Positions 9,587-17,999 of a stretch of DNA of 64,000 nucleotides are shown here, piece after piece. Numbering within the stretch: position 1 is the stretch's first letter; each line of letters begins with the position of its first letter. Under the pieces are notes generated by a model. That model ran no database searches, had not been told where the DNA came from, and saw only the letters and a list, made by a program, of their open reading frames with translations. The translations under genes and the position numbers were made by a program. Source of the DNA: a virus; IMG/VR virus record IMGVR_UViG_3300048080_000243. The stretch is one strand, 5' to 3'.

Positions 9587-9828
9587 CAGCCCCTCCTCAG
9601 CGCTCCGGCCATTCGACGCGAGATTCGCATAGCGTCTCGCACCTGACGAAGCCCGTTCACCAACGTCTTTTCGGCTTGCTTTTCCTTGCCACGCCAAAGT
9701 TGGTTCAATGCAAACCCCGCGTGAAGCATGATAATCACCAACGCCGCCCCCGTCGGGTCAATCTCTTGTGCCGCCTTCTTCACGCGACGCTTCCACGTCG
9801 CCGACGTGACCTTGCGTTGCTTCGACAT
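9586..9828 (-). CDS. hypothetical protein
   Basis: 80 aa, abuts both neighbours. Confidence 0.55.
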   Translation of the reverse strand: MSKQRKVTSATWKRRVKKAAQEIDPTGAALVIIMLHAGFALNQLWRGKEKQAEKTLVNGLRQVRDAMRISRRMAGALRRG

Positions 9829-10440
9829 CTACTTCTTGAGTGCCGGAGCGGGAGCGGCAGCAACAGCCGGAGCGACGGCCGGGTCACGAAGGCGCAGCGG
9901 TTCAGCCCTCTTGGTCTCGAAGGCCCGCTGCGTCTCATCACTGGTCATAATGTCGAACTTGGCGAGGTCGATGCGAGGGAATCCGAACATGCCCGCGAAC
10001 ATCGAATTCGGGAACACCTGCAGAATGTTCTCGTACACCCGCTTCTTGTCCACCAGCATCTTCTGTTCGGCCTCAAATGAAAGCCGCCCAGCCTCAATCA
10101 CCTGTTGGACCTGCTTGTAGATGGAAGCGTCCACGTTCGGATTGTGCTCTTGAATCCACTGAAACACGGCCTTTGATCCGGACGCCCCATACCGGCCCTG
10201 AATTGCCGAAGTGTACACTTTCTTGAGGTCGTCGGTGTACATCTCAGGGACCTGTGCGACCTCTTTGATCTTCTTCCACATATTGTCGTAGCTGTTCTGG
10301 TTCTGGCTGTACTGCGCCTTGATTCCGTTCTCTTGCGTAACGCAGGTGTTGTTGAAGCCGACGGCGCAACCGACGACTCCGAGTCCGAACACGACGAACA
10401 GGGCTGCCGCCCCGAGAGCGATCATCAGTCCCTTGCTCAT
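9829..10440 (-). CDS. LemA-like membrane-anchored protein
   Basis: N-terminal TM ending GVVGC, helical body, C-terminal FPNSMFAGMFGF typical of LemA. Confidence 0.7.
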   Translation of the reverse strand: MSKGLMIALGAAALFVVFGLGVVGCAVGFNNTCVTQENGIKAQYSQNQNSYDNMWKKIKEVAQVPEMYTDDLKKVYTSAIQGRYGASGSKAVFQWIQEHNPNVDASIYKQVQQVIEAGRLSFEAEQKMLVDKKRVYENILQVFPNSMFAGMFGFPRIDLAKFDIMTSDETQRAFETKRAEPLRLRDPAVAPAVAAAPAPALKK

Positions 10441-10442
10441 GG

Positions 10443-11534
10443 CTAATACCTCCATCTTTGAGAAGGACCGTGGTCCTCCGGGGTGAACGTCTCATGCATG
10501 TAGAAAAGAATGCCAAGGCCAATAGCGATCAACACCGCCACGATCAGCGATACGACCCACGCCGTCGTGGACGGAGTGATGCACGCCCTCAGGTACTTGA
10601 ACTCGTCCATAGAGCGCCGGACGTAGAATTGGCTGACGTCTTCGTGCACGATCTTCAAGACTTCGGCCAGTTTGTCGATATTTCCGAGCGCTTGAAGATC
10701 GTCCCGCAGACGCACCTTCACCATTTCATTCTTGGTCCACGCCATCACGCTGACCCACGAAATCGAACCCTTAGGGTCGGCGCTCACAACCACAATGACA
10801 TCATTCTTCTTGCCGCCAAGCCACGAATGCTCCAGCGCGTAGAACCACTCCGGGGCCCGGTCACGCACGATCACGAACACGACGTTGGCCTGTTTCCTCG
10901 CGCCCAGTTCAGCGTTGAGTTGCGAAAACGCTTCGTTCCACTGACGAACGTCGGCGAGCGCTACGCCATCTGCAATCACGCGATCCAGATGCCAATAATC
11001 GTACACCTTGATGGGGTACGTAGGGACCGTACCTTTGTACTTCTCGTACTCTGCCGCCCGCCGAAAGAGCGTGTCCGGTGCGGCTTTGATGTAGTTGGTG
11101 TAGTGGTGTCGAACGGCAGTGGGCTCCCCCATCTTCGTGACAGTCCAGCGGGACGGCTCATCCTCCCCCTGCCTGTCCACCCGGTTGATCTCGATAGATT
11201 CGCCGTTGGTCGTGTACACCATCCAGTCATAGTCACACCAATGCTCATAGCAGGTATCGCAGGTCGTGTTTCCCTCACTGTCCGTTGTGCAGTTGCAAGA
11301 ATAGGAGTGGCTACACGGAACGGTCACACGTTTCTTGTCCGAGACGCGACCGTTCCACACTTCGTTGTCGTAGGTAGCAGCGTAGTACGTGATCCCGCAC
11401 GCGGCCCCAGCAACGGCCGCCTGTGCGCCGAGGTGAGCAAGGAACTCCCACAACGTCACGCGTCGGCCCCCGAAAATCAGGAACCCAAGCGCGATCAGCG
11501 ACGGGACGCCGAAGACAGCGAGAAAGAAAATCAC
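10443..11534 (-). CDS. membrane protein with TPM-like periplasmic domain (LemA partner)
   Basis: Two N-terminal TMs, Cys-rich segment, WLGGKKNDVIVVV, C-terminal TM. Confidence 0.7.
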   Translation of the reverse strand: MIFFLAVFGVPSLIALGFLIFGGRRVTLWEFLAHLGAQAAVAGAACGITYYAATYDNEVWNGRVSDKKRVTVPCSHSYSCNCTTDSEGNTTCDTCYEHWCDYDWMVYTTNGESIEINRVDRQGEDEPSRWTVTKMGEPTAVRHHYTNYIKAAPDTLFRRAAEYEKYKGTVPTYPIKVYDYWHLDRVIADGVALADVRQWNEAFSQLNAELGARKQANVVFVIVRDRAPEWFYALEHSWLGGKKNDVIVVVSADPKGSISWVSVMAWTKNEMVKVRLRDDLQALGNIDKLAEVLKIVHEDVSQFYVRRSMDEFKYLRACITPSTTAWVVSLIVAVLIAIGLGILFYMHETFTPEDHGPSQRWRY

Positions 11535-11725
11535 CGACGTACCCCACTCCCGCCAACCGGCGACCGAAGTGATACCCGCTCCATAAGCTTACCACATCGT
11601 CGGATTACGATACAGTTTCCGTCGTTGGTCACATTATTCTTCACACACCGCAACCGCCCACGATTGTCGTGGTGCGCAGATGCAGCCCCATGTGTAGGGC
11701 AGGCGTACTTGCCAGAGTCACCCAT
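11531..11725 (-). CDS. small Cys-rich hypothetical protein
   Basis: 64 aa, CPTHG. Confidence 0.45.
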   Translation of the reverse strand: MGDSGKYACPTHGAASAHHDNRGRLRCVKNNVTNDGNCIVIRRCGKLMERVSLRSPVGGSGVRR

Positions 11726-11726
11726 C

Positions 11727-12239
11727 TCATTCGTTGATTTCGTGTCTGGGCTGGCGCGGTTGCCGCTTCTTGTGCGGGTTTGCCGATTTCCGTATACTGG
11801 CGACGGCCGCGTTCACGAGCAGCTTCCGTTCCAGCATCTTCTGAACCTGCTTCGGTTCCAGCAGACCCCCATCCGGCATGAGAACCTGCGGATCGATGAT
11901 GCTCTCCGGTTTCACGTTTTCGTTGGTCGGGATAGGCCACCGGGACCGGCCCTCGAACACATCACTATCGTGCTTCACGACGAGAATCAGAATGCGCGGC
12001 GTCGTACCGATCCGTTCCACAAAACCCCGGATGATGTCCGCTTGGTGGCCCACACCGGCATTCACCATCACGTTGATCTCGTTGAGAAGAGGCTCGCGCA
12101 CGTACCAAAACCGGCTGGGATGGTAGGCGAACCACTTCCGGTCTACCGGGACCCACGGGACGTCCTCGTCACGGATAAACTTCCGACCGCGCTCATCGAT
12201 CATAATGACCTTGTCGATGTGGCCCTCTTCTTCACTCAT
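11727..12239 (-). CDS. hypothetical protein
   Basis: 170 aa, coupled overlap. Confidence 0.65.
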   Translation of the reverse strand: MSEEEGHIDKVIMIDERGRKFIRDEDVPWVPVDRKWFAYHPSRFWYVREPLLNEINVMVNAGVGHQADIIRGFVERIGTTPRILILVVKHDSDVFEGRSRWPIPTNENVKPESIIDPQVLMPDGGLLEPKQVQKMLERKLLVNAAVASIRKSANPHKKRQPRQPRHEINE

Positions 12240-12628
12240 CCTCGTTCCCGCTTTTTGATCTTCCGCTTTTCCTCTTCGATCTGGCGCATGGCCGCATGAA
12301 AAGCCGCAGCCCAGTTTCCCTCATACCGGATCGACCGGTCATCAACCATGGCATAAGCTTCTTTGGGCTTGGCGCTCGTGACCTTCCACGGAATCAGCTT
12401 ATGCCTCAGCAGGAACTTCCAAACCGGGCGCTTGTGACGTCGGGCCGTGAATACGATAACTTTGAGCCCGGCCTTTTCAAAAGCACGCCAAGCCGTGATC
12501 GCACCGCGCTGGAGCTCGCCGAACGCGGGAAACTTGCGGCTGTACACCAACGTGCCGTCGAAATCGAGGGCGACGGCAATATGACCCCGGTATATCTCAT
12601 CCCACCATTTCTTGCGGGGAGCACTCAC
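12236..12628 (-). CDS. HAD-family phosphatase (capless)
   Basis: VALDFDGTL, IVFTAR, KP, MVDDR. Confidence 0.8.
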   Translation of the reverse strand: MSAPRKKWWDEIYRGHIAVALDFDGTLVYSRKFPAFGELQRGAITAWRAFEKAGLKVIVFTARRHKRPVWKFLLRHKLIPWKVTSAKPKEAYAMVDDRSIRYEGNWAAAFHAAMRQIEEEKRKIKKRERG

Positions 12629-12858
12629 GATGGAGCAACCTCCAACAGCACGGGGTCCCACGACAGATTGCACTGACACTGCCAAAACTTACGCGGCGGC
12701 CCAGCTTGGGGAAGCGCTGCCACAAGCTCCGGCGTAAAATCTACTAAGTACATGCGATGACCAAAATCGCCCCAACACAACCGTTCGTGAAGATACAGAG
12801 AAACAGAATCCTCCTCGGTCGCAATAATACCAAGCCCTATGGCTTGAGCAACAGGCAT
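12625..12858 (-). CDS. hypothetical protein
   Basis: 77 aa, coupled. Confidence 0.5.
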   Translation of the reverse strand: MPVAQAIGLGIIATEEDSVSLYLHERLCWGDFGHRMYLVDFTPELVAALPQAGPPRKFWQCQCNLSWDPVLLEVAPS

Positions 12859-12860
12859 AG

Positions 12861-13034
12861 TTATTTCTTTCGGCCCTTCTTTTCATGGATCGTGTGAGCG
12901 TGAGGAGAGACAGGAGGATACTCAAGTCGAATGACCCGCTTTTCCAGTCTCTCTAGCCTGTCCCCGCCCACCCACACCAGGAAGAAAAACCCGACCACTC
13001 CCAAAAACGCCATCAGGAAAACGAAGAAAAGCAT
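12861..13034 (-). CDS. small membrane protein (not in the ORF track)
   Basis: MLFFVFLMAFLGVVGFFFLVWVG...KKGRKK, 57 aa, GGAGG RBS. Confidence 0.65.
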   Translation of the reverse strand: MLFFVFLMAFLGVVGFFFLVWVGGDRLERLEKRVIRLEYPPVSPHAHTIHEKKGRKK

Positions 13035-13045
13035 GATACCTCCTT

Positions 13046-13426
13046 TCAGTTCAGATGTGCTTTCGATGCAGGCGACTTCTTGTACTGTCTTCGTTCAAGG
13101 ATGGTCATGGCGTAGTCGAGATACATGAGCGCTTTTGAGAACCTGTTCGCTACAACCATCGGCATTTGGACCTTTCCAAGGGGATAATACTTTCTGGCCA
13201 CGAACACGCCCATGCCGATCATCTTGTTCTTCGCCCGCTTCTGCGCGAAGCCATCCTTCCGACACGCCGACACGCTTTTGTCATCCTTTTTGAAGGCATA
13301 CACCCGGTCGCCAGTGCGGAAAAGTTTCCGGCACCACGCGCAACGGGATGGCTTCACCCCACCAAGTACGATGACGCCCGTGCGCCGGTGCAAAGTCCGG
13401 ACGATCATAATAGGGGACTGTGGCAT
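13046..13426 (-). CDS. hypothetical protein
   Basis: 126 aa, CAWC. Confidence 0.6.
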   Translation of the reverse strand: MPQSPIMIVRTLHRRTGVIVLGGVKPSRCAWCRKLFRTGDRVYAFKKDDKSVSACRKDGFAQKRAKNKMIGMGVFVARKYYPLGKVQMPMVVANRFSKALMYLDYAMTILERRQYKKSPASKAHLN

Positions 13427-13938
13427 CAGTGCGTCCCGACCGATCCCTTCACCCGGTCAATAGGAAAATCAAACACGCGCGACAAGGTCTCCCACCCACT
13501 ACCACTCCCCGGCGGATCGTCCCTTTCTTTCCCAGCGAGCTCCGGACGGCATTGACCATCTAACCACTTCCTAACTTCAGTCGCGATCTCGTCCACCGAT
13601 TCGTTCGCCATGAAGAACATGAACTGACAATCGGAGACATCGCAGTCGTACCACATAAGGAAATAGGCACACTCCGAATCCCGCAGACGTGCAAGGATCA
13701 CGACGTCATCGTCCACGTCATGCAAGTTGAGGTGGAACTCCTTATCGGGAAGCCCCAACATGGCCGGGTCGTGGGCCCTGTACCGTTCAAGCAACCATGC
13801 CTTCACAGGCTGAGAATAGAAAAGGAGGACATCCAGCCACAAACTCGGGACATACTGATACATCACCCCGACCCGAGGACCCGTGAGAAGAACTTCGTCC
13901 ACCCTTGGGTATTCGACATGCGTATGGATGTACCTCAT
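13426..13938 (-). CDS. hypothetical protein
   Basis: ATG 1 nt after the HNH stop; 170 aa. Confidence 0.7.
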   Translation of the reverse strand: MRYIHTHVEYPRVDEVLLTGPRVGVMYQYVPSLWLDVLLFYSQPVKAWLLERYRAHDPAMLGLPDKEFHLNLHDVDDDVVILARLRDSECAYFLMWYDCDVSDCQFMFFMANESVDEIATEVRKWLDGQCRPELAGKERDDPPGSGSGWETLSRVFDFPIDRVKGSVGTH

Positions 13939-13939
13939 C

Positions 13940-14506
13940 TTAGACCATCTTTTCGGATCGGAGCAATCTGTACTGCGTGCGTTGCCGGTGACAGTTAGCA
14001 CACACAACGTCACATTTCTTGGCCTCTTCAAGTAATCGTTTCAAGGACATGCCGTCTTTCAACGCGTGTGCCATCGTGAACGATTTTTGACTGCCCGGTC
14101 TGTGGTCAAAATCCATGACCCACGGCGGATAACGTTTTTTACAATCGACACACGGACGGCTTTTTAGATTGTTTATTGCCGCTTTGACTTTTTCACCAAA
14201 CCGCTTCCAGCGCAGTTTGACCTTATTTTTATACTGGACCGCGTACTTGGGATCGTCAACAATCCGTTTTCTTTGTTTAGCGTAAGCCGTCTTTTCTTTC
14301 TTGCGAAAATACTCTGGATTGGCGTAATAATACTTACGCCATTTCTGACGAACTTGCTCCCTGTGTTTATTGCGCCATGTCACCGTAGCGGCGTTAGTGC
14401 AAGAGCGGCACCACCTGTCTAATCTATTCGTGCGGGGAACTTTGCGGAAATGAACAACAGTGTCCGGTTTCGCCACACCGCACTTCGTGCACTTTTTCTT
14501 GGGCAC
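13940..14506 (-). CDS. HNH homing endonuclease with N-terminal Zn finger
   Basis: CTKC, CRSC; CVDC...DFDHR...KCDVVCANCHR; visibly AT-rich. Confidence 0.88.
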   Translation of the reverse strand: MPKKKCTKCGVAKPDTVVHFRKVPRTNRLDRWCRSCTNAATVTWRNKHREQVRQKWRKYYYANPEYFRKKEKTAYAKQRKRIVDDPKYAVQYKNKVKLRWKRFGEKVKAAINNLKSRPCVDCKKRYPPWVMDFDHRPGSQKSFTMAHALKDGMSLKRLLEEAKKCDVVCANCHRQRTQYRLLRSEKMV

Positions 14507-14511
14507 ACGTC

Positions 14512-14520
14512 AGTATAGCA
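14512..14520 (-). promoter_or_regulatory. extended -10 element (TGC-TATACT) 5 nt before the HNH GTG; likely leaderless
   Basis: TGnTATACT spacing; no SD; poor -35. Confidence 0.55.
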
Positions 14521-14523
14521 CAC

Positions 14524-15147
14524 TCACCCCATATAAGGAAACTCCCCTGGCCCAGACGAATATTCGAATTCTCTGCCGGGGGTATCGGACTCACTACTTT
14601 TTTTCAAAGCGAGTTCTTGTTGTTGTACCCATGCGGTCGCCACACCCCAGATCAAAGCCATCCTTGGGTCCCCGGTCGCAAGAATGGCCCCAGCCATGGC
14701 GATAAGCGCAGCTTTTATTACGCCGAGGTTGAACAGGTCGAGTGTCGCTTCTTTCGCCAACGCTTCGTTCTTGGTGAACGCCGCAAGCTTGCGAAGATTT
14801 GCCCGCATTTCTTGATGTTGAACCGAACCATCCAACACCAACTCTTCCGGCTCCGAATAGTCCGTCTTCGTCCACTCACCACTCTGAACTTTGGCCTCGG
14901 CGTCTTCTGGAGAAAGCCGTCCCTTCTCCGGCATCGGCCGCCCGCGCTCCGTGTAAAACACCCACTTGGGCGAGATGCTTTCGACGGTGACGTGGTCCTG
15001 CTCCGTCTTCCGACGGTACATGTCGCCCACTTTTACCGACATCGGCGCGGCTTCCGTCGTCTGGAAGGTCGTCCCTGAAGAATCCATCGATTTATCAAGC
15101 ATAGGGCGCTCCCCGTAATCCGCCTGCCGAATACTAGTGGCGGCCAT
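14524..15147 (-). CDS. hypothetical protein with SH3-like module and SIRQA linker-like motif
   Basis: VKVGDMY...VTVESI...KVQSGEWTK resembles the modules at 19893-29206; hydrophobic C-terminal helices. Confidence 0.65.
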   Translation of the reverse strand: MAATSIRQADYGERPMLDKSMDSSGTTFQTTEAAPMSVKVGDMYRRKTEQDHVTVESISPKWVFYTERGRPMPEKGRLSPEDAEAKVQSGEWTKTDYSEPEELVLDGSVQHQEMRANLRKLAAFTKNEALAKEATLDLFNLGVIKAALIAMAGAILATGDPRMALIWGVATAWVQQQELALKKSSESDTPGREFEYSSGPGEFPYMG

Positions 15148-15340
15148 TTTTCTCTTTGCACGTCACGCACATGCACGCCGGACGGTGCGGCTTGCCGTCG
15201 TCCTTCGGGGCCGGGAACTCGATGGTGCTCAGGTCCACAGCCCCGCCACGCATACGCGCTTCACGATCCCGACGGCGAACAAGCTCCTCCTGCGTCAGAA
15301 CCTCCTGCACTTTTCCGCTGCGACCGCGCTTGATGAACAT
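15134..15340 (-). CDS. small hypothetical protein
   Basis: 68 aa, CMCVTC. Confidence 0.55.
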   Translation of the reverse strand: MFIKRGRSGKVQEVLTQEELVRRRDREARMRGGAVDLSTIEFPAPKDDGKPHRPACMCVTCKEKNGRH

Positions 15341-15621
15341 TACAGATCATCCTCGTTCTGGAACTTCTTCCACATGCCGGGGCTGGTCGAGAACATAGTA
15401 CCGAGCGCAGGGAACTCTCCCTGAAGCAAATAACGCTCCACCGACACTTCGGTGTGTCCATTCGTAAGCATACGGACGGTGAGTGCCCGTACGATCCACC
15501 TCTTGGACAGAGCACGCGACACCGCCTCCACGACTGTATGCTTCGCACATGCATTCGGCGGGATCACCGCGAATACTTGTCGAACGACGGTTGGAGGATT
15601 ACGTACGCGCACCGCGACCAC
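15340..15621 (-). CDS. hypothetical protein
   Basis: 93 aa, coupled. Confidence 0.6.
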   Translation of the reverse strand: MVAVRVRNPPTVVRQVFAVIPPNACAKHTVVEAVSRALSKRWIVRALTVRMLTNGHTEVSVERYLLQGEFPALGTMFSTSPGMWKKFQNEDDL

Positions 15622-15623
15622 CT

Positions 15624-15953
15624 CTACTCACCGATCCGCAAGACGACGTTTTGCGCCGCCTTATTGGGTTTGACTTTCATGACCATGACCAGCTTGTCGC
15701 CTTCCCAGTGTGATTCCACCGGACCGACTCTTTCAAACGCTGGACCAGTGGAAAGCACCACCACATTTCCCGGCAAACCCGGAACGACAACAATCCGATC
15801 CTTGAAGAACCTATCAAGCCCTACACCAGCCGTGACTTTTATCTCGGCCGCATCCACAATCTTGCCTACTTCCTTGCGCTGAACACGTCGGGCTACGAAT
15901 GACACGTACCCGATGATGAACAACACAGCCACGGCGAAGAGAAGGTACATCAC
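15624..15953 (-). CDS. membrane-anchored hypothetical protein
   Basis: N-terminal TM, 109 aa. Confidence 0.65.
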   Translation of the reverse strand: MMYLLFAVAVLFIIGYVSFVARRVQRKEVGKIVDAAEIKVTAGVGLDRFFKDRIVVVPGLPGNVVVLSTGPAFERVGPVESHWEGDKLVMVMKVKPNKAAQNVVLRIGE

Positions 15954-16303
15954 GCTACGACCACCGGGGGAGGCTCATCCGAGATCAGCGTACGCCACAG
16001 TTTCGCACCCGACACCGCCATGTCGTGCGCCGCCTTGTCCACCCCAGCCAACATCGGGAGAAGCGGAGCCGCCAATCGGTACGTGAGCGCCCGGAGAAAC
16101 CCCGGTTGGCCGCGCTTGATCTCATTCTTCACGATGGATGTTCCCTGCCTAGATTCTACCATCACGCGGGTGGCCCGCGCTAGGATTTCCAAAGCATCGG
16201 CCGCCTCACCACGGGCCATGAACGCCACCTGCCTGCCCTGATTGAGCAAGAGCGCCACGGGCTTGCCGGTCCGCCCGTCCTTCACCACGACGAATGACAC
16301 CAC
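15950..16303 (-). CDS. hypothetical protein
   Basis: GTG overlapping the MuF TAG; 117 aa. Confidence 0.6.
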   Translation of the reverse strand: MVSFVVVKDGRTGKPVALLLNQGRQVAFMARGEAADALEILARATRVMVESRQGTSIVKNEIKRGQPGFLRALTYRLAAPLLPMLAGVDKAAHDMAVSGAKLWRTLISDEPPPVVVA

Positions 16304-17919
16304 TACCTCACGCCCCCGAGATCGAAGAAGCTCCGACCCATGAAGTGCCGGTCGAGCATCCGGTTGTACGCTTGGTTGTCGAGGTAGTACAGCCGGATCG
16401 GTTCGATGATGTACAGTTGGTAACAGTCCGAGTAATACGCACGAGGCGACTCTTCGCCCATCGGAGACGCGAAGGCCGTCCCCCCAAACAACTGGACGCC
16501 CTCGATTCCCAGTACGAAGCCCTGCTCCTGTTTCTTCTCGTTGAAGCGTTCCTCCCACCACTTCTTTTCGTCTGCGGATAGCGCTTCCCACTGTCGGAAG
16601 CCATCTTCTCGCGCAAGCTGCCCCTGCGCGGGCCCGACGTCGGCCGACCACCGCGACACCAACATCGTACCATCTTCAAGCGTGTGGCTGGTGATAAGAC
16701 CCTGCAAGGATTCCGCGTCCGCCTTCATCTGTCGTTCAGCCTGCGAAAGGTCGAGCCCCTGATCGGTGTAGAACTTCAAGCGCTCTTGCTGCCACATGGG
16801 GTCCGCCGTCACCTCCGGCGTGAAATGCGTAACCGGCACGTTCTTGGGTACAGACCGACGCAGCAGATTGTCCACGCCCTGCGCAAACTCTACCGGTACG
16901 TTAGTCGCCGTAGCTTCCGGCACCGTGATGTTGGTGGATGCCGACCACGTTTCCGGAGGGTCCTTGGCGAACATCTGCCGCTCGACGTCACGAACGGCGT
17001 CCCAGTTGATGATGGGCTGAAACTCGCAACGGCAGTTCGGGTGGCTGTCCTCGGTGAGAGGATACTCCCGCGTGAGCAGTTCACTGATCTCGTACACGTT
17101 GTTGGGCGGTAGCGCGAGCTGCTTACACTTCTGACACGTCTTGATGTCGCTGATCGCGTGCCGAGTCACTTGCGTGTAGCCACGCTCGCGCCATTCCTCA
17201 AGCTGCGCCCGCGTGTACACGTTCATGGATTCCGTGCGGACGATGCGCTGATAAACGGGGCGCAGCTTGTCCCACGTGTAGCCAAGCCTGTCGCGGAACT
17301 GCTGCTCGGTCATCTCGGGCGTTTCGTAGTAATCCTTCTGCAAGACACGCAACGTGATGTCGGCCGTCCCACCACCAACCGACAATTCTTCACGAATCTT
17401 CTGAATCTGGTCAGGTCCGACCGTCTTGATCTTGGTGAAGGCTTGCGAGACGGCATCTTGGACGCGCACACGGTCCTGCGGGTCAAGCTGGGCACGCTTG
17501 CGGAACCGTGCCGTCCGGCCACGCTGGATGCACACACTGGGGTCCGCGAAACGTACAGCTTCTCCCTGCCCGTACTCCCACAGGATTTCGTGCATCCCCT
17601 CGATAGGCTTGGTGATCGCGTCAGCGACGTCACCGGCGTGACCGGAGATGGCACGCGAGAGATCTTCCAGCGAGAGACGGCCCTTCTCTTTCCAGAGTTG
17701 GATTACGTCCTCGATAAACTCGTCACGCTTGCGGGTGTGGTGCCGGACGACCTCGTTTTCCACCTGCACGAGGCTGCGCTTGACTTCCGGCGGGTGCCGC
17801 GTAACACGAAGCCTCTTCTGCCACTCGTTGAGCGGCACGAGGCCTTCGTATTCACCTGAGATCTGGCCGGGAGGGTCCGGTCGCTCGGCCGCACGCTTAG
17901 ACGCGGCCGTAATCATCAA
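16303..17919 (-). CDS. MuF/SPP1 gp7-like minor head protein with C-terminal degenerate zincin-like domain
   Basis: RIVRTESMNVY, DIKTCQKC, HPNCRC; C-terminal REDGF ... SPRAYYSDCYQLY..EPIRL. Confidence 0.85.
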   Translation of the reverse strand: MMITAASKRAAERPDPPGQISGEYEGLVPLNEWQKRLRVTRHPPEVKRSLVQVENEVVRHHTRKRDEFIEDVIQLWKEKGRLSLEDLSRAISGHAGDVADAITKPIEGMHEILWEYGQGEAVRFADPSVCIQRGRTARFRKRAQLDPQDRVRVQDAVSQAFTKIKTVGPDQIQKIREELSVGGGTADITLRVLQKDYYETPEMTEQQFRDRLGYTWDKLRPVYQRIVRTESMNVYTRAQLEEWRERGYTQVTRHAISDIKTCQKCKQLALPPNNVYEISELLTREYPLTEDSHPNCRCEFQPIINWDAVRDVERQMFAKDPPETWSASTNITVPEATATNVPVEFAQGVDNLLRRSVPKNVPVTHFTPEVTADPMWQQERLKFYTDQGLDLSQAERQMKADAESLQGLITSHTLEDGTMLVSRWSADVGPAQGQLAREDGFRQWEALSADEKKWWEERFNEKKQEQGFVLGIEGVQLFGGTAFASPMGEESPRAYYSDCYQLYIIEPIRLYYLDNQAYNRMLDRHFMGRSFFDLGGVR

Positions 17920-17999
17920 ATCCGAGATCTTTATACGAGAAGCACGCTCACCAGCCCTAGCCGCAAGCTCCCCGGCAGCACGGGCGAGGTCACCGGGGC

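Noticed and set aside
17970-17998. CCCCGG/CCGGGG inverted repeat after portal
   Set aside because: Short GC stem with a long loop and no U-tract; expected by chance at this GC content
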